Shown piece by piece: positions 53,027 to 64,000 of a DNA stretch of 64,000 bases (the first letter of the stretch is position 1; each line of letters starts with the position of its first letter). The notes under the pieces were generated by a model. The model did not search any database, was not told the DNA's origin, and worked only from the letters and a program-made list of their open reading frames with translations. The position numbers and the translations under genes were made by a program. The DNA is from Octopus sinensis (taxonomy: Eukaryota): positions 203,360,001 through 203,424,000 of the forward strand of contig NC_042997.1 in the NCBI RefSeq assembly GCF_006345805.1. Reading direction: 5' to 3'.

Positions 53027-53358
53027 ACATATGAGGGAAAGAGAAAGAAAATGGAATTCATGAGATTCTTTATTGATCACTATGATCATTTCAACCCATC
53101 AAGCATCAATCCCTTGTGGGTCTGTTGCTGTACAAATAGTTGTGGTGCATCATTCAGCGCAGATATGTCTCATCAGGTGTCTTGTCAAAAGATACCTTCT
53201 TTATTAATCCTTGTTTTGCTTATTTCAATTAGAATACATTTTAACAGTTGTCTGTAACTACTCATATACATGAGAAAACTTGAGTTAAAATGAAAAACAG
53301 TTCTCTTATAAGTAATAAATTGACTTACAAAGAACCAAACATAACAAGTATAGATCAA

Positions 53359-53666
53359 ATAATTTGCTGGTGTCTAAATATGTTAAATGAAGTCATAAAA
53401 CAACAAAACAACAATGGATGAGATGAAAAACAAATCACAAAATGCAATTGGACATTCAAACTGACCCAAGGTGACTATTATATTTTATGAGGTAAAAAAA
53501 CAAATATATATGATAATTTGCTGGTGTCTAAATATGTTAAATGAAGTCATAAAACAATAAAACAACAATGGATGAGATGAAAAACAAATCACAAAATGCA
53601 ATTGGACATTCAAACTGACCCAAGGTGACTATTATATTTTATGAGGTAAAAAAACAAATATATATG
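53359..53666. repeat. Near-exact tandem duplication, 154-bp period
   Basis: ATAATTTGCTGGTGTCTAAATATG.. starts at 53359 and 53513; one substitution noticed. Confidence 0.9.
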
Positions 53667-53732
53667 ATAGATCGTTAGCTCCTACACGCATTTTTTTCTC
53701 TCCTTGTTTCTCTCCCTGTTTTTTTCTGTGTA

Positions 53733-53770
53733 TCTTTCTGTCGAAGAGCGTAGGCTCGAAATGTAAAACA
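53733..53770 (+). ncRNA. Minimal hammerhead-like motif with variant core, degenerate copy
   Basis: UCUUU CUGUCGAA GAG-CGUAGG-CUC GAAA UGUA AAACA; stems I and III damaged relative to the 56.6-kb copy. Confidence 0.4.
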
Positions 53771-53866
53771 CTTGTTCTATTTCTATTCCTGAGAGCCATA
53801 CTAATACATTTGTTTGTTTGTACTCTACCTGCCTTCGTCTTTTGTTTATTTTCATAAACCTTCCCG

Positions 53867-53909
<43 letters not shown>

Positions 53910-54296
53910 CACATGCCTTTACATATACACATAAAATCATATTCACCGATTAGCACCTTCAGCACACAGAGACATCCAGCAACAGACCAATGCATGAGTC
54001 CACAAACTCAGCCCTCAAGTACCAGATGCTTTTTATTTATGATTGTTATTTAGTCACTCTGTGTTGATTTATGATTTAGTAACAGACTCATACATCTACA
54101 AATACCAATTTGTACAAGAGTTCCAGAAGTAAATCCAGTGGTATTTAAATCCATACTGTTGATGACATTAGATAACCAAATACAGTGAACAGGCTTTAAA
54201 CGGCATATTACAAGGTGTATACCAAAATTCAAAATTATTTTTTATACACACACATAAGTATATATGTAAATTAGTATATATAAATATGTGTGTGTG

Positions 54297-54333
<37 letters not shown>

Positions 54334-54712
54334 AACCTGTGGAAGAGGTAGACACAGGAAGACATGAGATGAAGTGGTGAAGCATGATCTTCAAACAGTG
54401 GGCCTCACAGAAGTGATGACAAGTGACTGAGACCTTTGGTGATATGCCATGCTTCAGAAGACTCGTCAAACCACATGAAATGGTAGTCGTTGCTGATGCA
54501 GGTGTCAGATAACTGGCACCTGTGCCAGTGGCATGTAATAAGCATCCATTACACACTTGGAGTGGTTAGCATTAAGAAGGGTAGCCATCCATAGAAACCA
54601 TGCCAAACCAGACTGGAACTTGGTGAAGTTCTCCAGCTTACCAAATTCAGTCAAAACGTCTAACCCATGCCAACATGGAAACCAGATGCTAAATGATGAT
54701 GATGATGATATA

Positions 54713-54748
<36 letters not shown>

Positions 54749-56591
54749 TGTATGTATATATGTATATGTGTGTGTGTATGTATATATCTGTGTGTATATA
54801 TATGTGTGTGTGTGTACACACATGCACACATGTTTGTGTGCACATGTGTGTGCTTGTGCACACGTGTGTGTGCATGTGTGCATGTAAGTGTGCATTCATG
54901 TATGTTTGTATATGTATATATCAAAATTTAATATGCACTTCAATCCTCAAAGGTTGCTGAAACATTATTTTGCTCAAACTGGCCTGATATTCCTTAAAAG
55001 AATCACATTACACCAACAACAAATTAGGCTGCCATACACAAGTACCATTTCTTTCAATCAATGTACAGATAATTGTTGATGAATCTTGCCAAATTTCACT
55101 ATTTTCTTGCTTTCACCAGTTTTCACAATTCAGCAACATGACAACAAAGGATAAACAAAGAAATACAATTTATAAACAAATATTGGCCAAAATTAATTGC
55201 ATCCTGTTTTAATTAAAATGACCTTATCATCTCCCTCAACATGACATTATTCTAAAAGGCGAAAGATTTATCCACTCGGGGTGAGGAGAAACCAGAGACA
55301 TTATTGTGTCTCTTGTCACTAATACATTTTACATTATCAATAAAAATGGCAATATTAAATGAAACATCTACAATTATTTCTGTTTTACATTGTATTTTAA
55401 CATTTTGTAAAAACATTTTAAAATATTGGATTCTAAGGTGGCAAGCTGGCAGAATTGTTAGCACACTGAATGAAATGCTTATTGGCATTTCATTTGTTGT
55501 TATGTTCTGAGTTCAAATTCCACTAATGTCAACCATCCTTTCAGGGTTGATAAAATAGAACCAGTTGAGCAATGAGGTCAATGTAATTAACTTACCTGCT
55601 TCTCTCATAATTACTGATCTTGTGCTAAAATTTGAAACCAGTAATATTGGATTCTGAAGTTAGTTACAAAAATGCAGTTAGTGACCCTGAAGTTTCTCAA
55701 TAGAAGTGAAACTAGTTGGAAAATATCTATGACTGCTTTTGTTAGTAATCAAGAAGACCTGTACTTCACAGCAGGAGTGTTAAGGCCGGTTCCCCTGGTG
55801 AAGGGGATTGGCCTGCAAGAGCCCTGTGCTGGAGCCTCCCAAAATGTACTCATGCTGGTGTCACATAAAAGCACACAGCACACTCACTAAAGTGGTTGGC
55901 ATTAGGAGAAAGCATGCCAAATCAGACTGGAGCTTGGTGCAGCTCTCCAGCTCTGATCAAACTGTCCATTAAATGATGATGATAATGATGATGATGATTG
56001 TATTTTGAAATCATACAAAATATCTAATGATATTGTTTATTGAAGGTTTTAAAAAATCATGGAAATGACCTATGCTTATTTTTCTTCAGTATCCAAAGTA
56101 GCCTATGACATCTTCTAGTTTAAGATGGTAAAAAGCAACCTGAGGGAAATTTGGAAACTATTTCTAGCAGGTTCAGGAGGTGCTCTCACTCACTTTTTAT
56201 CATATGTAACCTAATTACAATTAAACATAAGCTTGGAAAGGAATTAGCAAATGCTGTTATGACATCATAAAAATTCAAAGACTTGGTGATATGATAATCA
56301 TTTCAAATTTTGTCACAAGGCCAGCAATTTTCAGGAGATGGGTATGTTAATTATATCAGCCCCAGTTCTTAACTGGTACATATCTTAACAAACCCAAAAT
56401 ATGAAAGGAAAAGTTGACCTGGGCAGCATTTAAAGAGCTGGAAGAAATTCTGCTGTGCATTTTATCTAATGTACTAATAATTCTGCCAGTTCACCATCTT
56501 GCTTAGTGATATGATAATGATAATGATAATAACAACACATACACACCACGCACACACACACATTTCTCTCCCCATTTTTTTCTCTCAATTT

Positions 56592-56629
56592 TTTTTCTGT
56601 CAAAGAGCATAGGCTCGAAACGTCAAAGA
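56592..56629 (+). ncRNA. Minimal hammerhead-like motif with variant core
   Basis: UUUUU CUGUCAAA GAG-CAUAGG-CUC GAAA CG UC AAAGA; palindromic ACGU stem III and GUC site. Confidence 0.45.
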
Positions 56630-58049
56630 CTTCCCCATTCCTCCTGAGCATTTTAACTACTCATTTCTTTTCTTCATATATTATCTTTTTAATTGTAATA
56701 AACTATAAAGAAAAAAGAACCTAATTTACTCATGAATAATTTGGTATTTATCATGCATACAGTTAACAAGTTTCAAACCAGAATTATTTTCAAAAATTCA
56801 AACTCTTGTTGCGCTTCCATAATTTGCTAGCTTTAAGTAAAATATTTTCTCCACGTTTTTGAAAAGCATGTGAAATAAATTAATTCCTAGAATTTGCAAT
56901 TTAATAATTATGTAATTATTACATAAACTATTTTTTCCAAGACATCAAGTGCAAGCCTCCAGCTTCATGAGAAACTATTTTAATTATGTAATCAGCTACT
57001 GGCCTTGTTTGTGTCAAAGTAAGAAATCATTATTTCAGTTGGTAGTAATATAAATTATTTGCATTAGTATTAGGACCCTAATGAAAAATTAATGCAGATT
57101 TTGTTTACCCTATTTTCCTTTTGATGAATGTACACATTCTTTGAATAATGATTCATTTTTGTTAGGAGCAAGAAATAACTTAGAAAGAGTAAGGCACATG
57201 ACCAATAGAATCAAACCACTATATTATGTACGAGAAGTAATTTAGTCGGAGTAGGAGTAGAAGCAAATGAATTAAACCACTCTATTAGTTTGCCTTCAAT
57301 TATAATAACCCCACTATTTAGTCTGGTACTTCTATTTTAGCAATATGTATGGAATTGCTAAGTTTACCTATTGAGTTTTATCCCTTTAGAGAATTACTTC
57401 CCTTTAAGGGAATTCTTATAGGCATACACAAAAACTTATACACAAACATATATATGAGTGAACCAACAAACATAAATAACATACTCAACATATTTGTTTG
57501 TTTGCTTGGTGTTACATGTATTTAATTACAGTTTGACTCAGTTCTGCTCGACTTAAAGTTTCATGGGGATGTAAGAGAAATCCATTTCATCAAACATTCA
57601 GAAGCAGAACATCTGATAAGATAAATGTGTCCTACATGTCCATGAAACTTTATGTCATACGGAGATGAGTCAAACTCTTATTAAACATGCATGCACACGC
57701 ACGCGCACACGCATGCATACACACACATACACACACATATATTGCATCAATACTTGATAACCTATTGTTTATTTTGATTTTATTCACCTTACTTCGAGCT
57801 GTGCAGATAATACTGGACTGACTTGGTGTTTCAACTTAAGTATCTAATTCAACTGAATTTCTTTATATATATATATAGTAGGTACTATAAATCTTGAGTG
57901 AATACTTGATAAGTGTAAGCACCTGTATATGCCAGATAGTGGCAGAGGTGAGAGAGAATATATCAAACATAGTTCTGTTTATAATTTATGTTTGATATAA
58001 CCCATGCTAGCATGGAAAACGGACGCTAAACGATGATGATGAGTACTCC

Positions 58050-58590
58050 TCATTCATTGGACAATGAACTTTGCTTGCGAAGACCTATTGAGGCAAGTGA
58101 AAACAAATCAAAATTGCTGACGTGGCCGATGACAGTATCGCCTGATTGTCACTCATGCCAATGGAATGTTAAAAGCACATCTGAGTGTGATCGTTGCCAG
58201 GGCCACGGATTGGCTCCTGTACCAGTGGCATGTGAAAAGCACCATTTGAGCATGATCGTTGCCAGAGTCGCCCTACCAGCACATGAAAAGCAATATTCGA
58301 GCATGGTCGTTGCCAGTGCCGCCGGACTGGCTCCTGTGCTGGTAGCACGTAAAAAACACTTTTTGAGCATGGTCGTTGCCAGATCCACATGACTGGCCCT
58401 TGTGCTGGTGTCACGTAAAAGCACCCACTACACTCTCGGAGTGGTTGGCGTTAGGAAGGGCATCCAGCCGTAGAAACTTTGCCAGATCAGATTGAGCCAG
58501 GTGCAGCCTCTGGCTCACCACTCCTCAGTCAAACTGTCCAACCCATGCCAGCATGGAAAGCGGATGTTAAACGACAATGATGATGATGAT
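58050..58590 (+). mobile_element. RTE 3'UTR-type element with several ~57-bp tandem units
   Basis: Same units and (ATG)n tail as 42377-42942 and 61020-61462. Confidence 0.75.
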
Positions 58591-59412
58591 GGTTCAAATG
58601 TACAGGAAACAAGAGAAAGACAAGTGAGGGAACAACAAGCAAGTGTATTAGTTTGACACTCTTCAACAGAAAGGGAAGAGAGGAAGAAATAGAGAGAAAA
58701 AAATGTGTCAGAATTAATGCTGACATGACTGTATGGTTAGAAAGTTTGATTCACAACCATTGGGGTAGGTTCAGTCCTACTCTGTGGCATCTTCTGCTAT
58801 TGTCACAGGCTAACCAATAGCTTGTGAGTGAATTTGTTAGGCAGAAACTATAGAAAGTCTGTTGTATGCGAATGTGTATATGTGTATGTGTGTGCCTGTA
58901 TGTGTGTGTGCAGATGTGCATGAAAATTGTTACTCTATACTTCTCAGTACTTAACTGGTTCTATATTTTATCAATCCCAGAGGGATGAAAGGCAAACATG
59001 ACCTTGGCAGGAATTGAACTCAAACGTAAAGAGCTGGAACTCATATCATTTGGCATTTTTCCAAAGCTCTAATGGTTCTGCCAAGCTTGCCAACATAACC
59101 GCTTTTGAAATTATGTCATCTTCTTAGAAATAGTTTCATAACTATATTGCAAATTGTGATCTCTCTCCTTCTCTCTTTCTCTCTCTCTATACATGCATGT
59201 ATATTCTTTTATTCTTTTATTTGTTTCAGGCATTTGACTGCGGCCATGCTGGAACACCGCCTTTAATTGAACAAGTCAACACCAGGACTTAATGTTTGTA
59301 ATCCTAATACTTATTCTGTTGGTCTATTTTGCCAAACCACTAAGTTACTGAGATGTAAACACACTAACATCGGTTGTCAAGGAATGGTGGGGGAACGAGC
59401 ACAGACATACAA

Positions 59413-59449
<37 letters not shown>

Positions 59450-59473
59450 CATATGTGTGTGTGTGTATATATA

Positions 59474-61462
59474 CGATGCTTAGAATATCTGGCGGTGTTG
59501 GCTATAGTCTAGTGAACTGTATAAACAATCAGGTGATACATGAAGGAGTCATACCCAATGACTGGTGTAGTAGCACCATAATAAACTGCTACGAAGGTAA
59601 AGGTGATACATTAGATATGAATAATTATAGAGGTATCATGTTGTTGGATTAGGTAATGAAAGTCACACGGAGGATCATAGCCCAACTAGTTAGGGAAAGA
59701 GTTAGTTTAGACAAGATGCAGTTCGGGTTTGTGTGAGGGAAAAGCACCACTGGTGCTGTAGGTCTGGTAAGACAGCTGCAGGAGAAATCCTAGCCAAAGA
59801 TAAACCTCTGTACTTGGCTTTTATTGACATTAAGAAAGCTTTTGACATAGTCTCCTGATCCCTTATCTGGTGGTCAATTCAGAAACTAGGGATAGATGCT
59901 GTTAGTAAGGTGAGGGTTGGCAATGAGTATAGTGAAGAATTTCGGGTAGGGGTAGGGATCCACCAAGGATCAATCCTCAGCCCCCTCCTATTCGTCGTAG
60001 TCCTCCAGGCAATAACAGAGGAATTCAAGACAGGATACCCCTGGGAGCTCCTCTATGCTGATGACCTTGCTCTAATAGCTGAGTCACTATCAGAACTAGA
60101 GGAGAAGTTTCAGGTGTGGAAGCAAGGTCTAGAATCGAAGGTCCTTAAAGTCAATCTAGCAAAAAACAAAGTCTTATTTAGTAGAAAGGCAGACAAATCA
60201 CAAATCCCTTCAGGTAGATGGCCCTGCTTGATCTGTAGAAAAGGCGTAGGTAGAATCTCCATAAGATGTACCAAGTGTAAGCTATAGACACATAAGAGGT
60301 GCAGCAATATCAAAGGAAAGCTAACTGGGAAGATAAGTTTTGTGTGTGGCAAATGCAGGGGGGCAATAAACACTGAAAATGTGCAGAAAATAGCTTCCAA
60401 AACATGCCAGGGGAAAAAAACTAGGATTTGATAACTTCTGTTACCTAAGTGTTACTCAGTAGAAGGGGTGGATGCTTTGAGAGCATAGCTGTTAGAATAA
60501 GAATAGCCTGGACAAAGTTCAGAGAGCTCCTACCTCTGCTGGTAACAAAGGGCCTCTCGCTCAGAGTGTAAGGTAGACTGTAAGACGCATGTATGCAAAC
60601 AGCTATGCTACATGGCAGTGAAACATGGGCTGTGACTGATGAGGACATGTGTAAGCTTACAAGAAATGAAGCTAGCATGCTCCGCTAGATGTGTAATGTC
60701 AGTGTGCATGCAACAACAAAGTGTAAGTACCCTGAGAGAAAAGTTGGACATAAGAAGCATCAGATGTGGTGTGCAAGAGAGATGACTGTGCTGGTATGGT
60801 CATATGTTGTGTATGGATGAGGACAGCTGTGTGAAATGGTGTCACACCCTAACAGTGGAGGGAATCTGTAGAAGAGGTAGACCCAGGAAGACCTGGGATG
60901 AGGTGGTGAAGCACGACCTTCAAACATTGGGCCACATGGAGGCAATGACAAGTGACAGACCTTTGGAGATATGTTGTGCTTTAGAAGACCCAGCAAGCCA
61001 AGTGAGAACATAACTGTGGCCTATTCCAGTGTAGCATAACCAGCCCATTTAGGAGTACCCTTCAAGTAAGGGTCAATGAACTTTGCTTGAGAAGACCTGT
61101 TGAGTCAAGTGAAATCATTGTCATGGCCGATGCCAGTACTGCCTGACAGGCACCCGTGCCAGTGGCACATAAAAAGCACCATTTGAGCGTAGTTATTGTC
61201 AGTGTCGCCTGACTGGCTCCCATGCTGATGATATGTAAAAAGTATCATTCAAGTGTGGTCAATGCCAGTACTGCCTGACTGGCCCACATGCCAGTAGCAT
61301 ATAAAAAGCACCCACTAACTTAGGAAGGGTATCTAGCTGTAGGAACCCTTCCAGATCAGATTGGAGCCTGGTGCAGCCTTCTGGCTTGCCAGTCCTCAGT
61401 CAAACCGTCCAACCCATGCCAGCATGGAAAGCGGACGTTAAAAGATAATGATGATGAGGATG
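59474..61462 (+). mobile_element. 5'-truncated RTE-type LINE (RT pseudogene plus 3' UTR)
   Basis: FIDIKKAFD, VGIHQGSILSPLLF and ELLYADDLAL motifs, a Cys/His cluster (WPCLICRKGV..RCTKC) and GRPRKTW. In-frame stops; ends in tandem units and an ATG-repeat tail. Confidence 0.9.
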
Positions 61463-61917
61463 AATATTGTTGTATAAGTGTTATTATTCAGGACTTTAAT
61501 ACTGGATAGCCATAGACATCCATCTCGCCCCGCACCACCTACACAACCCACCCTACCCCTTTCCAACTCTACTCACCATCTTTATTTTCCCAATAACATC
61601 TGCCATTAATTCGTTCCGTCCCCCTTCTCTTTCATACTCCCACTATTCTCTTTTCCTACTTACCATTCCTCATTCTTCTGCCTAAAATCATCGCCTACTT
61701 TCTCTTCTATTCTCCTTCAGTCACAAGGGCCACACTGGGCCATCAACCTTACAAGTTACAAGGTAGTCTTCACTAGTTCTGGTGCCACAAAAATAAGCAT
61801 CCAGTACACTCTGTAAAATAGTTGCCACTAAGAAGGGCATCAAGTGGTAGAGTCTATACCAAAGCAAGCACTGGTATGCAGTCCTCTGGCTTGTTAGATC
61901 ATATCAAACTGTCTGAC

Positions 61918-63017
61918 CTTTGCCTTCCAAAGAAACCTATTTCTTTCAATGGAAAAAGTCTGAAAAACTGTTTGAACTTCCTTTTTGTTTCTGAATGTTT
62001 TGCCTCTTATAAAATGTTCTAATGATTGGAATAGATGGAAATCCATAGGTGCTAAGTCAGGTGAGTAAGTTGGATGTGGAAGACCTTCCCTTCCTAACGA
62101 TCTTATTTTTCCTTGGATTTGTTTTGAAGAGTGTAGCCATGCATTGTCATGCTGGAGAATAATTGCTTTTCTGTTTACCAAAGCTGGGCACTTTCATTTA
62201 CACAGTCAAGTTGTAGGCAGCAGACATCTGCATTGATGGTCCTTCCATGTTCCAGTAGCTCATAATGAACAATACCTTTTAAGTTCCACCAAATGCAGAG
62301 CAAAGATTTTTGTGGATGGAGTTCTGGTTTTGGTGTTGACACCAGCCTCTCATTACATGATAACCATTGTCCTTTTCATTTTCTGTCATGATGCAAAACC
62401 CATTTTTCATCACATGTAACAATGCGCTGCAGAAATGACAGGGTGTTATTCCTGTTTAGAAGATGGTGGAATGTTGCATTCAGTTCTCAAGCGTAAGCTC
62501 ATGTGGAACCCAAATTCCCTCTTTGCATTTTTTCCCAATTTGCTTGAGATGTTCATGGATATTTGAACACGACACGTTAGATTTTGCACCAAATCTCTTT
62601 GAAGTGGATTTGATACAAAAGTCTCATTTAAAAGGTTGTCATTCAGAGTGGATCATCTTCCAGAATGAGGCTTGTCAGATATGTCACAATCACCATCTTT
62701 AAGATTTTTAAACCACAGCTGACATGTATGAGCTCTCACTGTTTCCAGATACACATTAAAAATGTTTTCCATTGCTTCTATAGCGATATTTTTCATTCAA
62801 AACTCATACAGTAAGCAATGGTGAATATGTTGCTTCATAAAGTTCTTACACTCCATGGGGTTAATTACTGAAATAACTATGAATGACACACTGCCAGATA
62901 GAAGAGATGATGTACTATTATTAAACAGTTCCCACCCATTTGACCTTGACTCAGATGTAATTGGTTGATTCATATTTCATGGTGGTGAAAAATGCAATTA
63001 CTTTCCGAACACTCTCA
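61918..63017 (-). mobile_element. Mariner element relic lacking its 3' end
   Basis: QHDNAWLH and HPTYSPDLAPMDFHLFQSL motifs. 5' TIR-like TGAGAGTGTTCGGAAAGTAATTGCATTTTTC next to a TA tract. Confidence 0.85.
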
Positions 63018-63072
63018 TATATATATATATATATATATATAAGCGAGAAAGAAGCAACAAGAATGGATAGGT

Positions 63073-63163
63073 TTTTAGTACGATCGTTTCATACAAGGAC
63101 AGGTTTTATTAAAAGTTGCAAAGATTACAGCATATAAACGAGTCCCGTACTCATCAGCTAAAA
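63073..63163 (-). ncRNA. Type I hammerhead motif (left arm)
   Basis: Reverse complement of 63632-63722. Confidence 0.8.
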
Positions 63164-63631
63164 TACATGTAAGTTCTCTAGACATCCTAGTGTTTGAGGC
63201 TATACTCATGAAGTAATGTAGATAATTAAACAGATTTCTAAAGTTCATTAAAGTTCTTTAAAGATGATGTACAGTCTTATCACAGAATTTTAAAAAAGTT
63301 TTGATAGCATCACAGAGAAGGTGACCTAATCCATATGAATTTCCATAGATATGATGAGGGATTATATAGCAGGAATTGAGACCCACCTCGTTGTAATTAA
63401 CAATGGATAAATTTGTCTTCTGTGAGTATATAATCCCTCATCATATCTATGGAAATTCATATGGATTAGGTCACCTTCTCTGTGATGCTATCAAAACTTT
63501 TTTAAAATTCTGTGATAAGACTGTACATCATCTTTAAAGAACTTTAATGAACTTTAGAAATCTGTTTAATTATCTACATTACTTCATGAGTATAGCCTCA
63601 AACACTAGGATGTCTAGAGAACTTACATGTA

Positions 63632-63722
63632 TTTTAGCTGATGAGTACGGGACTCGTTTATATGCTGTAATCTTTGCAACTTTTAATAAAACCTGTCCTT
63701 GTATGAAACGATCGTACTAAAA
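63632..63722 (+). ncRNA. Type I hammerhead motif (right arm)
   Basis: UUUUAG CUGAUGA GUACGGGAC..GUCCUUGUAU GAAA CGAUCG UA CUAAAA. Stem I 6 bp, long stem II, palindromic ACGAUCGU stem III, GUA site. Confidence 0.8.
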
Positions 63723-63868
63723 ACCTATCCATTCTTGTTGCTTCTTTCTCGCTTATAATCACCCCACATTACTGTATTGTTAAATCAGTATAGTTTTTTT
63801 TGGTGCATCTAAGTTAGGTACCATATTCAAGTAAATTTTTTAAATTAACTTGAATCTTTATTGCTCTT

Positions 63869-63905
<37 letters not shown>

Positions 63906-64000
63906 TCTTTCTTTTGGGATTTTTTCCATAACCTTAAGCTTCATGCATAGGAGTTTGCAATTTTCAAACACTCCACATATAAAACCATGGTATAAACCAT

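Larger units (their letters stand above)
63038..63757. mobile_element. Perfect inverted repeat (331-bp arms, 58-bp spacer), probably inverted Penelope-type pseudo-LTRs
   Basis: 63038-63368 is the reverse complement of 63427-63757 with no mismatch noticed. Sits at a TA microsatellite; each arm has an HHR. Confidence 0.85.

Noticed and set aside
60634-60672. CTGATGA...GAAA inside the RTE LINE
   Set aside because: Coding-derived sequence (TDEDMCKLTRNE) with no helices.
61150-61170. GTGC-CAGTG-GCAC hairpin resembling an iron-responsive element
   Set aside because: No 5-bp upper stem, 6-nt CAGUGN loop or bulged C; it is the LINE 3'UTR repeat unit.
63428-63535. Short frame IPHHIYGNSYGLGHLLCD faintly like an MRG-domain motif
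   Set aside because: Only a few residues match, there is an early stop and no splice signals.

Overview
AT-rich, microsatellite- and transposon-dense animal DNA; the SINE, RTE-LINE and microsatellite content looks like an octopus/coleoid genome (inference). The only host coding sequence I can support is the first coding exon of an alpha-catulin-like gene on the minus strand (26782-26687, MAGLAQPKSESKLPLEIRTKSVEHTLVPLVAQ, then GTAAGT). Positions 1-26686 are probably its first intron, since I found no exon 2. The rest is transposon debris: mariner relics, RTE LINE fragments, tRNA-derived SINEs, MITEs, Helentron-like short elements and a Penelope-like element. The main result is a set of type I hammerhead ribozyme (HHR) motifs folded by eye: 11 with the canonical core, 2 with a variant core and 1 truncated, in five unrelated sequence families. 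Nine complete motifs lie in 37.3-42.4 kb: a Penelope-like element with inverted HHR repeats, a ~485-bp HHR tandem array resembling a non-LTR retrozyme, and a duplicated ~810-bp palindrome with HHRs on both strands. A 331-bp perfect inverted repeat at 63.0-63.8 kb carries two more. Activity, expression and novelty are untested, and copy numbers in 39-42 kb may be affected by assembly error. Most repeat boundaries are approximate.
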